The translations under genes and the position numbers were made by a program. This document shows positions 38,232-48,161 of a stretch of DNA of 64,000 bases, in pieces. Numbering within the stretch: the stretch's first letter is position 1; each line of letters starts with the position of its first letter. The stretch is taken from positions 248,001 to 312,000 of the forward strand of contig JACPUC010000019.1 of the NCBI GenBank assembly GCA_016192455.1, in the 5' to 3' direction. The DNA comes from Candidatus Tectimicrobiota bacterium. GTDB taxonomy: Bacteria; JACPUC01. Under the pieces are notes generated by a model that had not been told where the DNA came from, did not search any database, and saw only the letters and a program-made list of their open reading frames with translations.

Positions 38232-40523
38232 TTACTTAATGGCCACCGCTTTCACCTGCTTCACATCGGTGTCGCCCTTCAGGGCCTTCAGCAGGCCATC
38301 CTGCAGCAGGGTGGCCATCCCCTCCTTAATTGCAAGGCTCTCGATCTCCGCCATGGTGCAGTGCTTCTGGATGAGCGCCTTGGTCGTTTTGCTGCCGATG
38401 AGGAGCTCGTGGATGCCGGTTCGTCCCTTGTAGCCCGACTGCCCGCAAACGTCGCAGCCTTTGCCGCGATAGAGGAGGAAGTTCTCGTCATAGGGGACGC
38501 CGAGCTTCTCCCACGTCTCACTGCCGTAGGCGTGCATGATCTCTTCATACTCCTCTTCGCTGGCTTGATATGGCTCCTTGCACTTCTTGCAGAGCGTCTT
38601 GACGAGACGCTGCGCCAGCACGCCGAGAAGGGCGTCCGCGAAGTTGAAGGGATCGAGGCCCATGTCGAGGAGGCGGGTGAGCGTTTCCACCGCGCTGTTG
38701 GTGTGCAGGGTGCTGAAGACGAGGTGTCCTGTGAGGGAGGCTTCGATGCCCATGCCCGCGGTCTCCTGGTCGCGCATCTCGCCGATCATGATGACATCGG
38801 GATCGGCGCGCAGGAAGGCGCGCATGGCGGCGGCGAAGGTGAAGCCGATCTTCGGCTGCACCTGCACCTGGCGCAGGCCGTACTGGGTGATCTCCACCGG
38901 GTCCTCGGCGGTCCAGATCTTCCGCTCCGGGGTATTGATGTAGCCGAGGGCGGAGTGCAGGGTGGTGGTTTTTCCGGAGCCGGTCGGTCCCACCACCAGC
39001 ACGATGCCGTAAGGCTTCGAAATCATTGCGATGAACTCGCGCAGGTTGCGCTCTGACATGTTCATCTTCTGCAGGGGGATGGGCTCGCTGGCGGCGAGGA
39101 TGCGCATGACCACGTCCTCGTTGCCGCCGGTGGTCGGGATGGTGGCGATGCGCAACTCGATGTCGCGGCCCGGCATGTGGAACTTGATCTTGCCGTCCTG
39201 GGGCTTGCGGCGCTCGGCGATGTCGAGGGAGGACATGATCTTCAGGCGGGAGACCAGGGCGCGTTTGTAGTTCGCCGGCACGCGCTGGTACTCCCGGCAG
39301 CTCCCATCGGTGCGGAAGCGGATCACCGTGTCGCTCTTGCCGAAGTAAGGCTCGATGTGGATATCCGAGGCGCCCATCTGGTACGCATCGATGATGATCT
39401 GGTTGGCGAGCTTCACAATCGTGCTGTCCTGCTCGTCCAGGGTGTCGGCGGGCTCGTCTTCTTGCTCTTCGACCTCGCTCTCCAGTTCGCCGATGAGGGA
39501 CTGGATGGAGGCCGCGGGGTGCCCCTCGCCGCGCGCCGCCTCGAGGAAGCGCAAAATCTCTTCGCGCAGGCTGACGCAGAAGGTGAACTCCTGCCCTTTC
39601 AGGATGCGGCGAATGTCCTCCACCTTGTTGAAGTCGTGCGGATTGTCGATGAGGATGACGATCTTGCCGTTCTCGCGCTTCAGCGGCAGCCAGAGATTCT
39701 TCTTCAGGTAGTTGATGCTCTGGTTCGAGAGTAGGTCGGGGGGGATGATGATCTTCGGATCGAACTCGACGAAGGGGCACTTGTAGAAAGCGCTGAGGGC
39801 TTTCCCCACCTGCTCCTTGGGAATGCGGAGCTTGCTGATGAGCAGGCTCTCCACCGGCACATTGCGCTGCCGGGCTTCCGCGAGAACCTTCTCCAAGTCA
39901 TGCTGGGAGAGGAGGTTCTGCTCCATGAGGTAGCTGAACTTGGTAGGACCTTTCCCTTGGCGCGCCAAGCGATGCTGGTTGTAGAAGGCGACGCCGAGGA
40001 TCTTCGCCACCGCCTGGGCATACTTTACGTCCTGCTCGGAGAACGCACCCCCGGAGCGCTTGTTGATGAGTTCCAGAACACCCAGGATGTACTTCTCTTC
40101 AAAGAGGATCGGCGTGGCGATGATGGCGCGGGTGCGGAAGCCGTTCTTCTGGTCCCAGGAGCTGTCGAAACGCAGGTTTGGCCCATAGCGGCGCAGCTCG
40201 GCGCTGTCATACGCATCAACGATATTCAGCGTGCGGCGATAGCGGGCTGAGAAGCCGGCGATGCTCTGATCAGAGATGGGGACGCGGATTTCACCCATGC
40301 GGTCATAGATGAGCACCTTCGAGTAGAGCTCCTTCGTCTCTCGATCCACGGCGAAGATGCTCACCTGCACGCTGTCAAAGAGATGCAGCAGGTCATCCTT
40401 CATGTCGACAAGGATGCTGTCGAGGTCCTTCGCGGCGTTCAGGCGGTTGACGATGGAAATGAACTCTTCACTGGCGAGCATTTCCAGGCCGCCTCGCAGT
40501 GAAGGTGTGGCAACATCATTCAT
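38232..40523 (-). CDS. GspE/PilB-family secretion ATPase with N-terminal GAF domain
   Basis: GAF region (FDSSWDQKNGFRTRAIIATP..LELINK), ASDIHIEP, GPTGSGKTT, LRADPDVIMIGEMRD, TGHLVFSTLHTN and CxxC/CxxC. Confidence 0.92.
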   Translation of the reverse strand: MNDVATPSLRGGLEMLASEEFISIVNRLNAAKDLDSILVDMKDDLLHLFDSVQVSIFAVDRETKELYSKVLIYDRMGEIRVPISDQSIAGFSARYRRTLNIVDAYDSAELRRYGPNLRFDSSWDQKNGFRTRAIIATPILFEEKYILGVLELINKRSGGAFSEQDVKYAQAVAKILGVAFYNQHRLARQGKGPTKFSYLMEQNLLSQHDLEKVLAEARQRNVPVESLLISKLRIPKEQVGKALSAFYKCPFVEFDPKIIIPPDLLSNQSINYLKKNLWLPLKRENGKIVILIDNPHDFNKVEDIRRILKGQEFTFCVSLREEILRFLEAARGEGHPAASIQSLIGELESEVEEQEDEPADTLDEQDSTIVKLANQIIIDAYQMGASDIHIEPYFGKSDTVIRFRTDGSCREYQRVPANYKRALVSRLKIMSSLDIAERRKPQDGKIKFHMPGRDIELRIATIPTTGGNEDVVMRILAASEPIPLQKMNMSERNLREFIAMISKPYGIVLVVGPTGSGKTTTLHSALGYINTPERKIWTAEDPVEITQYGLRQVQVQPKIGFTFAAAMRAFLRADPDVIMIGEMRDQETAGMGIEASLTGHLVFSTLHTNSAVETLTRLLDMGLDPFNFADALLGVLAQRLVKTLCKKCKEPYQASEEEYEEIMHAYGSETWEKLGVPYDENFLLYRGKGCDVCGQSGYKGRTGIHELLIGSKTTKALIQKHCTMAEIESLAIKEGMATLLQDGLLKALKGDTDVKQVKAVAIK

Positions 40524-40867
40524 AGTTCCGGACCTTCAAGAAAAAAGCACCCCACCGAGCCCTCGCGACCAGGCTCCTCGCGAGGGTGGGAACGCCTTCC
40601 CCTCGGCTCCTCCTGTTGTTCGCAGCGCAGCCACCGCGCCTAGCGAGGAGTCCCTGGGCGCCGGATGGGCCAAGCCCGCGGGCCCCGCTCTGCCTCATCA
40701 CCCCCGCAAGCATCGGCAGGAGCTGCCGGCGTTTCCCTCAAGGTATTCTCTCCCAGTTTTATTTGTACCAGTTTTCGCGCAAAATCAATAGATGAAACTG
40801 CCGCCCCCCTGCGAGGGCAGCTTGGCGACCTGGGAGCACTGTTAATACAGCTCCGCCAGGGGCTTCC

Positions 40868-40896
40868 TTGAGCCGGTCGCAACTTCGCTCTATACT
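40868..40896 (+). promoter_or_regulatory. sigma70-type promoter
   Basis: TTGAGC-N17-TATACT. Confidence 0.55.
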
Positions 40897-41102
40897 TGGG
40901 CGAGAGGAGAGCGGAGCGCCAGGGCGGGAGCCACGGGGCGCCGCTTCCAAAAGGAGACCCCGGCGGCAGCCGCCCGCTTCTCCACCACCCGCCAGGACGG
41001 GACGGCCGGCCGCGCCGACGAGGCGCCGCCCACGAGGGGCGAGAGTGGCTCTCCCCGCGCCGCGGCCCCGCTATCAGCCGCGCTCAGGCTTCGAAGGACG
41101 CC

Positions 41103-41414
41103 ATGGGGATCGACGTCAATCCACAGGACGAGGGTGTGCTCTTCTTTTTCGCCTTTCTCCGCAGGCTCGTGGAACTGATGGACAGCACCGCACTCAACGA
41201 CCGCATGGAGGCGTTCTCGCTTGCCAAGCAGTTCGACATCCAGCAGCATGACACGAAGGTGACGTCGTTCGTCAAGGGTTTGAAGGATGATGTCTTCCGC
41301 TCGCGCGTGCGGGAGCTGCTCAACGGCACTCCCCACGACGTCATCCAGCGCATCAATCAGGTTCTTCTCGCCCCCGATCCGCCGACCAACCCCTCAGGCG
41401 AGCCCTCGCCATAG
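41103..41414 (+). CDS. Small hypothetical protein (103 aa)
   Basis: AAGGA RBS before the ATG, protein-like composition (MGIDVNPQDEGVLFFFAFLRRL...), upstream promoter. Confidence 0.65.
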   Translation: MGIDVNPQDEGVLFFFAFLRRLVELMDSTALNDRMEAFSLAKQFDIQQHDTKVTSFVKGLKDDVFRSRVRELLNGTPHDVIQRINQVLLAPDPPTNPSGEPSP

Positions 41415-41650
41415 AGGAGAATACCCCCGCCGCAGCCCGCCGTTCTTTACCTTTCCCCTGTCTGGCCTGTCAGAACAGAGGACGGGGAGGGGGCAGACGT
41501 GCGAAGCTGCTCGCGTGCCTGCAAGATGTTTGCTCCGCGCGCCACCGCTCAGGCAGGCGCAGATGGAGGCGAGGCGCCATGCTCCCCTGCCAGATGCTCC
41601 GCAACCCAACGGCACTCCGTCCTGTTGCGGGGAGCGTCCAGGACAGCACC

Positions 41651-42454
41651 CTAATGGCCCAGCATTTCCAACATCTGCTCCCGCTGCTCAGGGTTTAAGA
41701 TCGACCAGACCGAGCGCAGGTAGCCGATGCGCGCCAGCTCGATCTCGCTGCGCAGCGCCTCGGCCTTGCGGACGAGCGCTGTCACCTTGCCGGCCTCGTA
41801 AGGTTCAGCGAACGCCGCTTGGTGCAGCTCGACCTCTGCAAGGCTCAGCGCGGCGCGTTGCGGGATCATCGCCTTCCAATGCTCGATGCCGCTCTGCCGG
41901 AGCTTCTGCCGCTGCTCCGGCGTCACCCCAAGCTGCGTGGCGAGCATCTGGAAACGGCGCAGGGGTGAGCCAGCCATGGAGCCGCCGCCCATCATCCCAG
42001 GCCCCATCATACCGGCACCCATCATGCCGCCACCCATCATGCCGCCACCCATCATGCCGCCACTCATCATGCCGCCACCCATCATGCCGGGGCCCATCAT
42101 CCCAGGCCCCATCATGCCCGGGCCCATCATGCCGTAGCCCTGGAGACTCCTCCCCTGCATGCCAGGGCTTGCCGCTCCAGGAGACATGGCCCGCGACCCC
42201 GCACTGGCGCCCATCCCTTCGCTGCCCATGCTCCCCGTGCCGGCGCTGCCCGGCACCATCATCCCCGGGGCCATCCCGCCGGGCTGTGCCGACCCACGCT
42301 GCTCGCGTCCCGCCGCCTGCGCCCAGGCGGAGCCCACGGCGCCCCCGACGCCTGCCGCCAGAAGCGCTGCAAACGCAAGGAGGTAGGCCCATCGAACGCG
42401 GACATGCCGGCCCCAGCTCCACGGCTCATCCTGATGTCGAAATGCTCGCTTCAT
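41651..42454 (-). CDS. Spy/CpxP-family periplasmic protein with (GMMGx)10 tract
   Basis: AGGAG RBS, signal/TM segment ending AWA, GMMG repeats, LGVTPEQ and ILNPEQ motifs. Confidence 0.85.
   Translation of the reverse strand: MKRAFRHQDEPWSWGRHVRVRWAYLLAFAALLAAGVGGAVGSAWAQAAGREQRGSAQPGGMAPGMMVPGSAGTGSMGSEGMGASAGSRAMSPGAASPGMQGRSLQGYGMMGPGMMGPGMMGPGMMGGGMMSGGMMGGGMMGGGMMGAGMMGPGMMGGGSMAGSPLRRFQMLATQLGVTPEQRQKLRQSGIEHWKAMIPQRAALSLAEVELHQAAFAEPYEAGKVTALVRKAEALRSEIELARIGYLRSVWSILNPEQREQMLEMLGH
41984..42133 (-). repeat. Ten 15-bp tandem repeats encoding GMM(G/S)(P/G/A)
   Basis: Plus strand CCCATCATGCCGCCA-type units with 15-bp period. Confidence 0.92.
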
Positions 42455-42899
42455 CACTACTCCTTTCCGGAGTGTCCCTGCGCCCATCGTTGCGCCTTGC
42501 TGCGAGACCCGCAGCTCACGGAGTGGTCAGGCGCGGCCCCGCCCCAGCTCCGCTGCGGATGCTGGCTGGCTTTCTTTGGAGCCGCCTGGCGGAAGGGCTA
42601 CGCGTAGGCTCCCAGCAACGATCTTCCTGATCATCCCCCGGAGCTGACAGCGCCGGAGACCTCCTTGGCGCTGGTTTTCAATTATATCAGATTGTGTTAG
42701 AGTGAGCCTTAAAGGATAAAGGAAAGTCTCTCCGCGGTTCTCCTGAGCTGCACCTTCGCGACCTCCGGGTCAATCCCGGCCGAGGCGTGGAGATGCACGC
42801 GATCAGGGAACCCTGGTACGGATATCCCTGCCTGGCGCCGCGGCTCAGGCAGGATTTGCCGCCACTCGCTGCCTCGCCGGATGTGGAGGAGATGAAGCG

Positions 42900-44054
42900 A
42901 TGAAACGTCCAGTTGGTGCTTTGCTCTCTCTTCTTGCCGTCACGATAGCCTTTGTTCTCCCCTCGTTGTCCGCCCGCGCCGCCGAACCGATCAAGATCGG
43001 CTTCTACGGCCCGCTCACCGGTCCCCTTGCCGTGGCTTGCCTGCCGGCGAAGCGCGCGGTGGAACTGGCAGTGAAGCAGGTCAATGAGAAGGGAGGGGTG
43101 CTGGGAAGACCGATCGAAGTCATCTATGCCGATACGAAGTTCGACAACAACGAGTCCATCCGCATCGTCAACCGCTTCATCCGCTCGGATAAGGTGGCTG
43201 CCGTGCTGGGCGATTTCACCAGCACCGGAACGATGGCCACGCTGAGCATCACCCAGCGCGCCAATATCCCCCACATGGACTACAATGCCAACTCCACCGC
43301 CATCACGAACTCCGGCTACAACCACATCTTCCGCCTGGTGGTGAACTCGCACCAGCTTTACAGCGGCCTGGCCTCGTACGCCCAGAAAAAGTTGGGGGTG
43401 AAGCGCGTCGCCATCATGGGATGGGATGACGACTTTGGACGAGCGAACGTGGACGCCTTCACGAAGTACCAGAAAACCAGCAAAGCTTTCGAGATCGTGG
43501 CGCTTGAGTGGTACAACGTGAATACGAAGGAGTTCAAAGGCTTGTTGAGCAAGGTGCTGGCGCAGAAGCCCGACAGCATCATCTTGACGGGGGCGATCGG
43601 CGACTCGGCGCTTATCGTGAAGCAGGCCAGAGAGCTGGGCTATCAGGGCATGTTCCTGGGCGACGGCGGCCAATCGATCCTGCCGTTCCGCAACATCGCC
43701 GGGCCGAGCGCCGATGGCACGGTCGTGGCCACGCAGTACGTTCCCCACTACTATAAAAACCCCCTCGCCGTGGCGTTCGACAAGCAATGGGCCGAGATGA
43801 AATACGAGTCGGACCCGTGGTCCTCGCACGCCTATGACGCGTTCATGCTGCTCCTGGATGCCGTGCAGCGCGCCGGCACGACGGACGGCCCGAAGGTCAT
43901 TGCGGCCCTGCGGGCGACGAAGGACTGGCAAGGGGTCACCGGCACGACGAACTTCTACCCGGATGGGGATGTTGAGAAGCCGGTGTTCATGCAGAAGTGG
44001 GTGGATGGCAAGCTGACCCCCCTGGAGCCGGTGCAGGCCCCATTCAGGAACTAG
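42900..44054 (+). CDS. Branched-chain amino acid-type ABC transporter substrate-binding protein
   Basis: Signal peptide, IKIGFYGPLTG, NEKGGVLGRPIEV and AYDA motifs. Confidence 0.9.
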   Translation: MKRPVGALLSLLAVTIAFVLPSLSARAAEPIKIGFYGPLTGPLAVACLPAKRAVELAVKQVNEKGGVLGRPIEVIYADTKFDNNESIRIVNRFIRSDKVAAVLGDFTSTGTMATLSITQRANIPHMDYNANSTAITNSGYNHIFRLVVNSHQLYSGLASYAQKKLGVKRVAIMGWDDDFGRANVDAFTKYQKTSKAFEIVALEWYNVNTKEFKGLLSKVLAQKPDSIILTGAIGDSALIVKQARELGYQGMFLGDGGQSILPFRNIAGPSADGTVVATQYVPHYYKNPLAVAFDKQWAEMKYESDPWSSHAYDAFMLLLDAVQRAGTTDGPKVIAALRATKDWQGVTGTTNFYPDGDVEKPVFMQKWVDGKLTPLEPVQAPFRN

Positions 44055-44347
44055 GCATCCACCGCCCATACCTGTGGTGCGATGGTAAGCCGCGAGGCGG
44101 CGGCGGCTGAACGAGGGCTGAGATGCCGCCACCTCGGGCCGGAGATCCAAGAGCGGGACCTATCGGTGTTAGCCCGTCTACGCCTGCCTGGGCTACCACG
44201 ACAGACAGGTGCGACGCCGGGGGAGGTAGGGGGGCGCTCTGCTTCATGGCACGACCTGCATCGACGAGCGGATGCCCCCGGCCCCTGCGGCGTTCGGACC
44301 CAAGCTGGCGCCGGGGTTTGTCCAGGCCGCCGCCGAGAACAACCGTG

Positions 44348-44436
44348 GCCGCACCCGCGCGGGCGCGCAAGCCGCCTGACAGAAACCCAGCTCGCACTCA
44401 ACCTATCCGCCGCACCCGCGCGGGCGCGCAAGCCGC
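44348..44436. repeat. Two identical 28-bp GC-rich, partly palindromic repeats separated by 33 bp
   Basis: GCCGCACCCGCGCGGGCGCGCAAGCCGC at 44348-44375 and 44409-44436. Confidence 0.85.
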
Positions 44437-44802
44437 AGCGAGGGAGCTTGGACGATGGCTTGGGCAATGCACCTTGCGGCTCAGCCTGGCTGCCAAGCAA
44501 CTGCGCGCGAACGGCTGAAGGCGGAGAGGTCGAAACGATCTTGCCCTGCGCGAGGTGGTGGTGAAACAGCCCCTTGCAAGGGTGGGAAGGATGGCCTTGC
44601 GTCGGGGCGCGATTCATGCCATGCTCAGGTCCCTCCTTGAGAATGGCGCGGCGGGTGGGGGCGAGGCGATTTCCGCTGCTCCCGCGGCCTACCGGCCTGC
44701 GTCCGCGCAGCCGAGAGGGTAGCTCTGTCGAGGCAGGAATCGTTCCGGCTCGTACCTTGGTGATGAACCTTGTGGAGGTTCTGGGGAAAAGGGGGTCTAC
44801 CA

Positions 44803-46026
44803 ATGCACCAACGTAAACCCGCTTGTTGGACAATGTGGTTCTTGGCCGTGGCATCTCTCCTCCTGGTCATTCTTGCCGCCTTCCACGTTGCCGAGGCGCA
44901 AAAACAGAACGTTCCGGAAAAAATCCGCATCGGCTACACAGTCTCGCTCAGTGGGCGTTTCACGCCCATGGTCGGCACCTTCAAGAAGCTGGGTGATAGC
45001 TGGGCTGAGCTGGTCAACCAGCGCGGCGGCATCTACATGAAGGAGTACGGCAAGAAGCTGCCGGTCGAGTTCGTGGTCTATGACGACAAGAGTGATCCGG
45101 CTGTCTCCACAAAGTTCTACGAACGCCTCATCACGCAGGACAAGGTTGATTTCCTGCTCGGCCCGTTTTCAAGCCACATCTCCTTCGCCGCCAGCACCGT
45201 GGCTGAAAAACATAAGGTCCCCATGATCCTTATTTGCGCCAATGACCTGAAAATCTTTGAGCGCAACTACAAGTACAGCGCCACCAATCTTGCGGAGGCC
45301 AACCAAGAGTTTTACCGTTACCTCGAGATTCTCAAGTCTGAAGGCAAGGCAAAGACCTTGGCGATGATCGCCGAGGATACGCTCCATTCAACGGGCGTCC
45401 TAACGGGTGGCGAGGCAAAGGCGAAGGAGCTGGGACTGCAAGTCGTGTTCAAGGAGATCATGCCGGCGACGACCCGCGACTTCACGGCCATCATCACGCG
45501 GCTGAAGGCGTTGAATCCCGACGTGGTCATGGTCGAAGCCTTCCCGGCCTTTGAGATTCCCTTTGGGAAACAGGCCTACGAGCTGAAACTTCAACCGAAG
45601 GAACTCTACTTCGGTCATATCACGAAGGCTGTGGTGAACGCCCTGGGGCCTTCGGCTGAAAACCTTGCCAGCACCACCTATTGGGCCGAGGAATGGAAAG
45701 ACAACGCCGGCGTGGCTGACTACATGGCCATCCTCGAAAAGACCGGCATCAAGTGGGATGAGTATATGGAATCCGCCATCCGCATGGCGGCCTATCAAAG
45801 ACTGCAAGCCGTGCTTGAGAAGGTTGGCTCGCTGGATCGTGAAAAAATCCGCACGGCGATGTGGGAAACTACCGTGCCAACGATCAGCGGCAATGTTTCC
45901 ATCAACCAGCAGGGCCTCGGCACCCTCGTCGGCAGCCCAGTCCAAGTGCGCGGCGGGCGTTTCATCTCCATCTATCCAGTGGAGAACGCCAAGAAGAATC
46001 ACATTTTCCCGAACCCTTGGAAGTGA
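44803..46026 (+). CDS. Second ABC substrate-binding protein (Liv/Peripla_BP_6 type)
   Basis: IRIGYTVSLSG, VNQRGGI and YDDKSDP...DKVDFLLGPFSS motifs. Confidence 0.9.
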   Translation: MHQRKPACWTMWFLAVASLLLVILAAFHVAEAQKQNVPEKIRIGYTVSLSGRFTPMVGTFKKLGDSWAELVNQRGGIYMKEYGKKLPVEFVVYDDKSDPAVSTKFYERLITQDKVDFLLGPFSSHISFAASTVAEKHKVPMILICANDLKIFERNYKYSATNLAEANQEFYRYLEILKSEGKAKTLAMIAEDTLHSTGVLTGGEAKAKELGLQVVFKEIMPATTRDFTAIITRLKALNPDVVMVEAFPAFEIPFGKQAYELKLQPKELYFGHITKAVVNALGPSAENLASTTYWAEEWKDNAGVADYMAILEKTGIKWDEYMESAIRMAAYQRLQAVLEKVGSLDREKIRTAMWETTVPTISGNVSINQQGLGTLVGSPVQVRGGRFISIYPVENAKKNHIFPNPWK

Positions 46027-46239
46027 GAAGGCGGTCACGCCGCGTGGCAGGCCCTCTCCTCTGTGATGGAGGTCCCCGTACAACCGGGAGAGGCAGGCGT
46101 TCGCCGCAGGCTCCCGGTTGAAGCGATGGCGCGAGGGGACGCGTGTCCCCTCGCCTTCCTCTGTCTGGCAGCCGTCGCGTCGAACCCATCGCCGCCACGG
46201 CTCAGCGATCGTGGCGGTCGCGCCCGGGGTGGAAGGAAC

Positions 46240-47112
46240 ATGCTGCTCGGACAGATCGTCTACGGACTGGTGATCGGCTCGATTTACAGCCTCATTGCGA
46301 TCGGCTTCAGCATGGTGTTCCAGGCGATCGGGCTGCTGAACTTCGCGCACCAGGAGTTCATGATGCTCGGCGGCCTCATCGGCTACACGCTCGCCGTCAC
46401 GCTGAACTTGCCCGCGCCTCTGGTCGTGCTCCTTGCCGGGCTAGGGGCGGGCTGCATCGCGGTGGCGATTGAGAAGGTTGGCATCAGCCCCATCCGGCAC
46501 CGCGGCGGGGCGGAGATCAACCTCATCATCGCGACCATCGGCTGGGGCATCATCCTCAGCAACGCCGCCATGCTGACGTGGGATGCCTACCCCCTTGGCT
46601 ATCCGCAAAGGTTTCAAGGCAAACCCCTCAACCTCGGCGGCATCTCCATCGTGCCCCAGAACCTGGTGATTCTCGGCGCCGGCATTCTCCTCATGATCCT
46701 CTTGCAGCTCTTCTTCAAGCGCACCTGGACAGGCCAGTCGATGCGCGCCGCCGCGGAGGACTCGCCCACCGCCGCGCTGATGGGCATCGACACGGACCGC
46801 ACGGTGTCGTGGACCTTCTTTATCAGCGGCGCGCTCGGCGGCATCGCCGGGGTCTTCGTTTCCTCGATCTTCTACGCCTCCTTCGAGATGGGGCTCATCG
46901 GTCTGCGCTGCTTTGCGGCGGCGGTGCTCGGCGGCTTCGGCAACATCGTAGGCGCCATGTTCGGCGGCCTCATCCTCGGCATCATCGAAACCCTCGGGGC
47001 GACGTACATCTCCTCCGCCTACAAGGACGTGATCGCCTACGGCATTGTCATCGTCATCCTGCTGATTCGGCCAACCGGCATCTTCGCAGCGCGCCGAACC
47101 GGGCTTACCTGA
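46240..47112 (+). CDS. livH: LivH-type ABC permease
   Basis: GSIYSLIAIGFSMVF...LNFAH, TGQSMRAAAED..TAALMGI and FAAAVLGGFG. Confidence 0.9.
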   Translation: MLLGQIVYGLVIGSIYSLIAIGFSMVFQAIGLLNFAHQEFMMLGGLIGYTLAVTLNLPAPLVVLLAGLGAGCIAVAIEKVGISPIRHRGGAEINLIIATIGWGIILSNAAMLTWDAYPLGYPQRFQGKPLNLGGISIVPQNLVILGAGILLMILLQLFFKRTWTGQSMRAAAEDSPTAALMGIDTDRTVSWTFFISGALGGIAGVFVSSIFYASFEMGLIGLRCFAAAVLGGFGNIVGAMFGGLILGIIETLGATYISSAYKDVIAYGIVIVILLIRPTGIFAARRTGLT

Positions 47113-47133
47113 GTCGCAGATACGGACGCCGCA

Positions 47134-48153
47134 ATGAGGCCACGGTTCACCTACGGCGGGGAGCTCTTCCTGTGGCGCTGGCTGCGCCTGACGATGGCAA
47201 ACCGCTACGTCATCTCCCCCTTCGCCATCATCACCATGCTGGCGGCCCTGCTGCTGCCATTGCTGCTGGACCCCTTCGGCTTCTTGATCCTCTTCCTTGA
47301 TAACATCCTGGTCTTCGTGCTCCTGACGCTCGGCCTGCAGCTCATTCTCGGTTACGCGGGCATCCTCAACCTCGGTCATGCGGCGTTCTTCGGGCTCGGC
47401 GCCTACACCTCCGCCATCCTCACGAAGACGCTCGGCGTTCCGTTCCCTCTGGCGTTCCTCGCCTCCACTCTCATGGGCCTGCTGGGCGGCCTGCTCATGT
47501 GCCCGATCATTCGGCTCCGCGATGTCTACTTCGCCATGGCCTCCTTTGCGTTCGGCATCGTCGCCTACGTCGTCTTCAGTGAGTGGCGCGAGCTCACCAA
47601 CGGCCACATCGGCATCCGCGCCATCCCGCCCGCCCGCCTCGCCGGCATCGATTTTACCAGCTCGTTGAACTTCTACTACCTCGTCCTGCCCTGCGTCATC
47701 GTGCTCTACCTCGTCTTCCGGCTCCTCCTCATCTCGCCGTTCGGCACCTCGCTCAACGCCATTCGCCAGAGCGAGCTGGCGGCGCGCAGCGTGGGCATGC
47801 ACCTCGCCGCCATCAAGGTCAAGACGATCCTCATCGGCGCCGCGGCCGCGGGCGCGGCAGGCAGCCTCATCACCCATCTGCAAGGATTTGTCAGCCCCGA
47901 GTTGTTTAACTGGCCGCAATCGATCACCCTCGTCACGATGATGGTCATCGGCGGTATCGGCAGCTTTCCGGGAGCGATCATCGGCACCTTTGCGATCCAG
48001 TTCATGTCGGAGTACCTGCGTTTCCTCGTCGAGTATAAGATGCTCATCTACGGGGGCGTTCTGGTCTTCTTCATGATCTTCCTGCCCAAGGGGATTGCCG
48101 GGGTGGTCCGCGCCCTGGTGGTTGCGGCCCTGGAGCGCAGATCGGCACGGTAG
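47134..48153 (+). CDS. livM: LivM-type ABC permease
   Basis: GYAGILNLGHAAFFGLGAY, SPFG..LNAIRQSELAA and MMVIGGIGS. Confidence 0.9.
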   Translation: MRPRFTYGGELFLWRWLRLTMANRYVISPFAIITMLAALLLPLLLDPFGFLILFLDNILVFVLLTLGLQLILGYAGILNLGHAAFFGLGAYTSAILTKTLGVPFPLAFLASTLMGLLGGLLMCPIIRLRDVYFAMASFAFGIVAYVVFSEWRELTNGHIGIRAIPPARLAGIDFTSSLNFYYLVLPCVIVLYLVFRLLLISPFGTSLNAIRQSELAARSVGMHLAAIKVKTILIGAAAAGAAGSLITHLQGFVSPELFNWPQSITLVTMMVIGGIGSFPGAIIGTFAIQFMSEYLRFLVEYKMLIYGGVLVFFMIFLPKGIAGVVRALVVAALERRSAR

Positions 48154-48161
48154 ACCGGTAG

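Noticed and set aside
42666..42680. sigma54 promoter (TGGCGC...)
   Set aside because: Lacks the conserved -12 GC (reads TTCA).
44348..44436. Bona fide CRISPR array
   Set aside because: Only two repeats, no leader and no cas genes; kept as a repeat.
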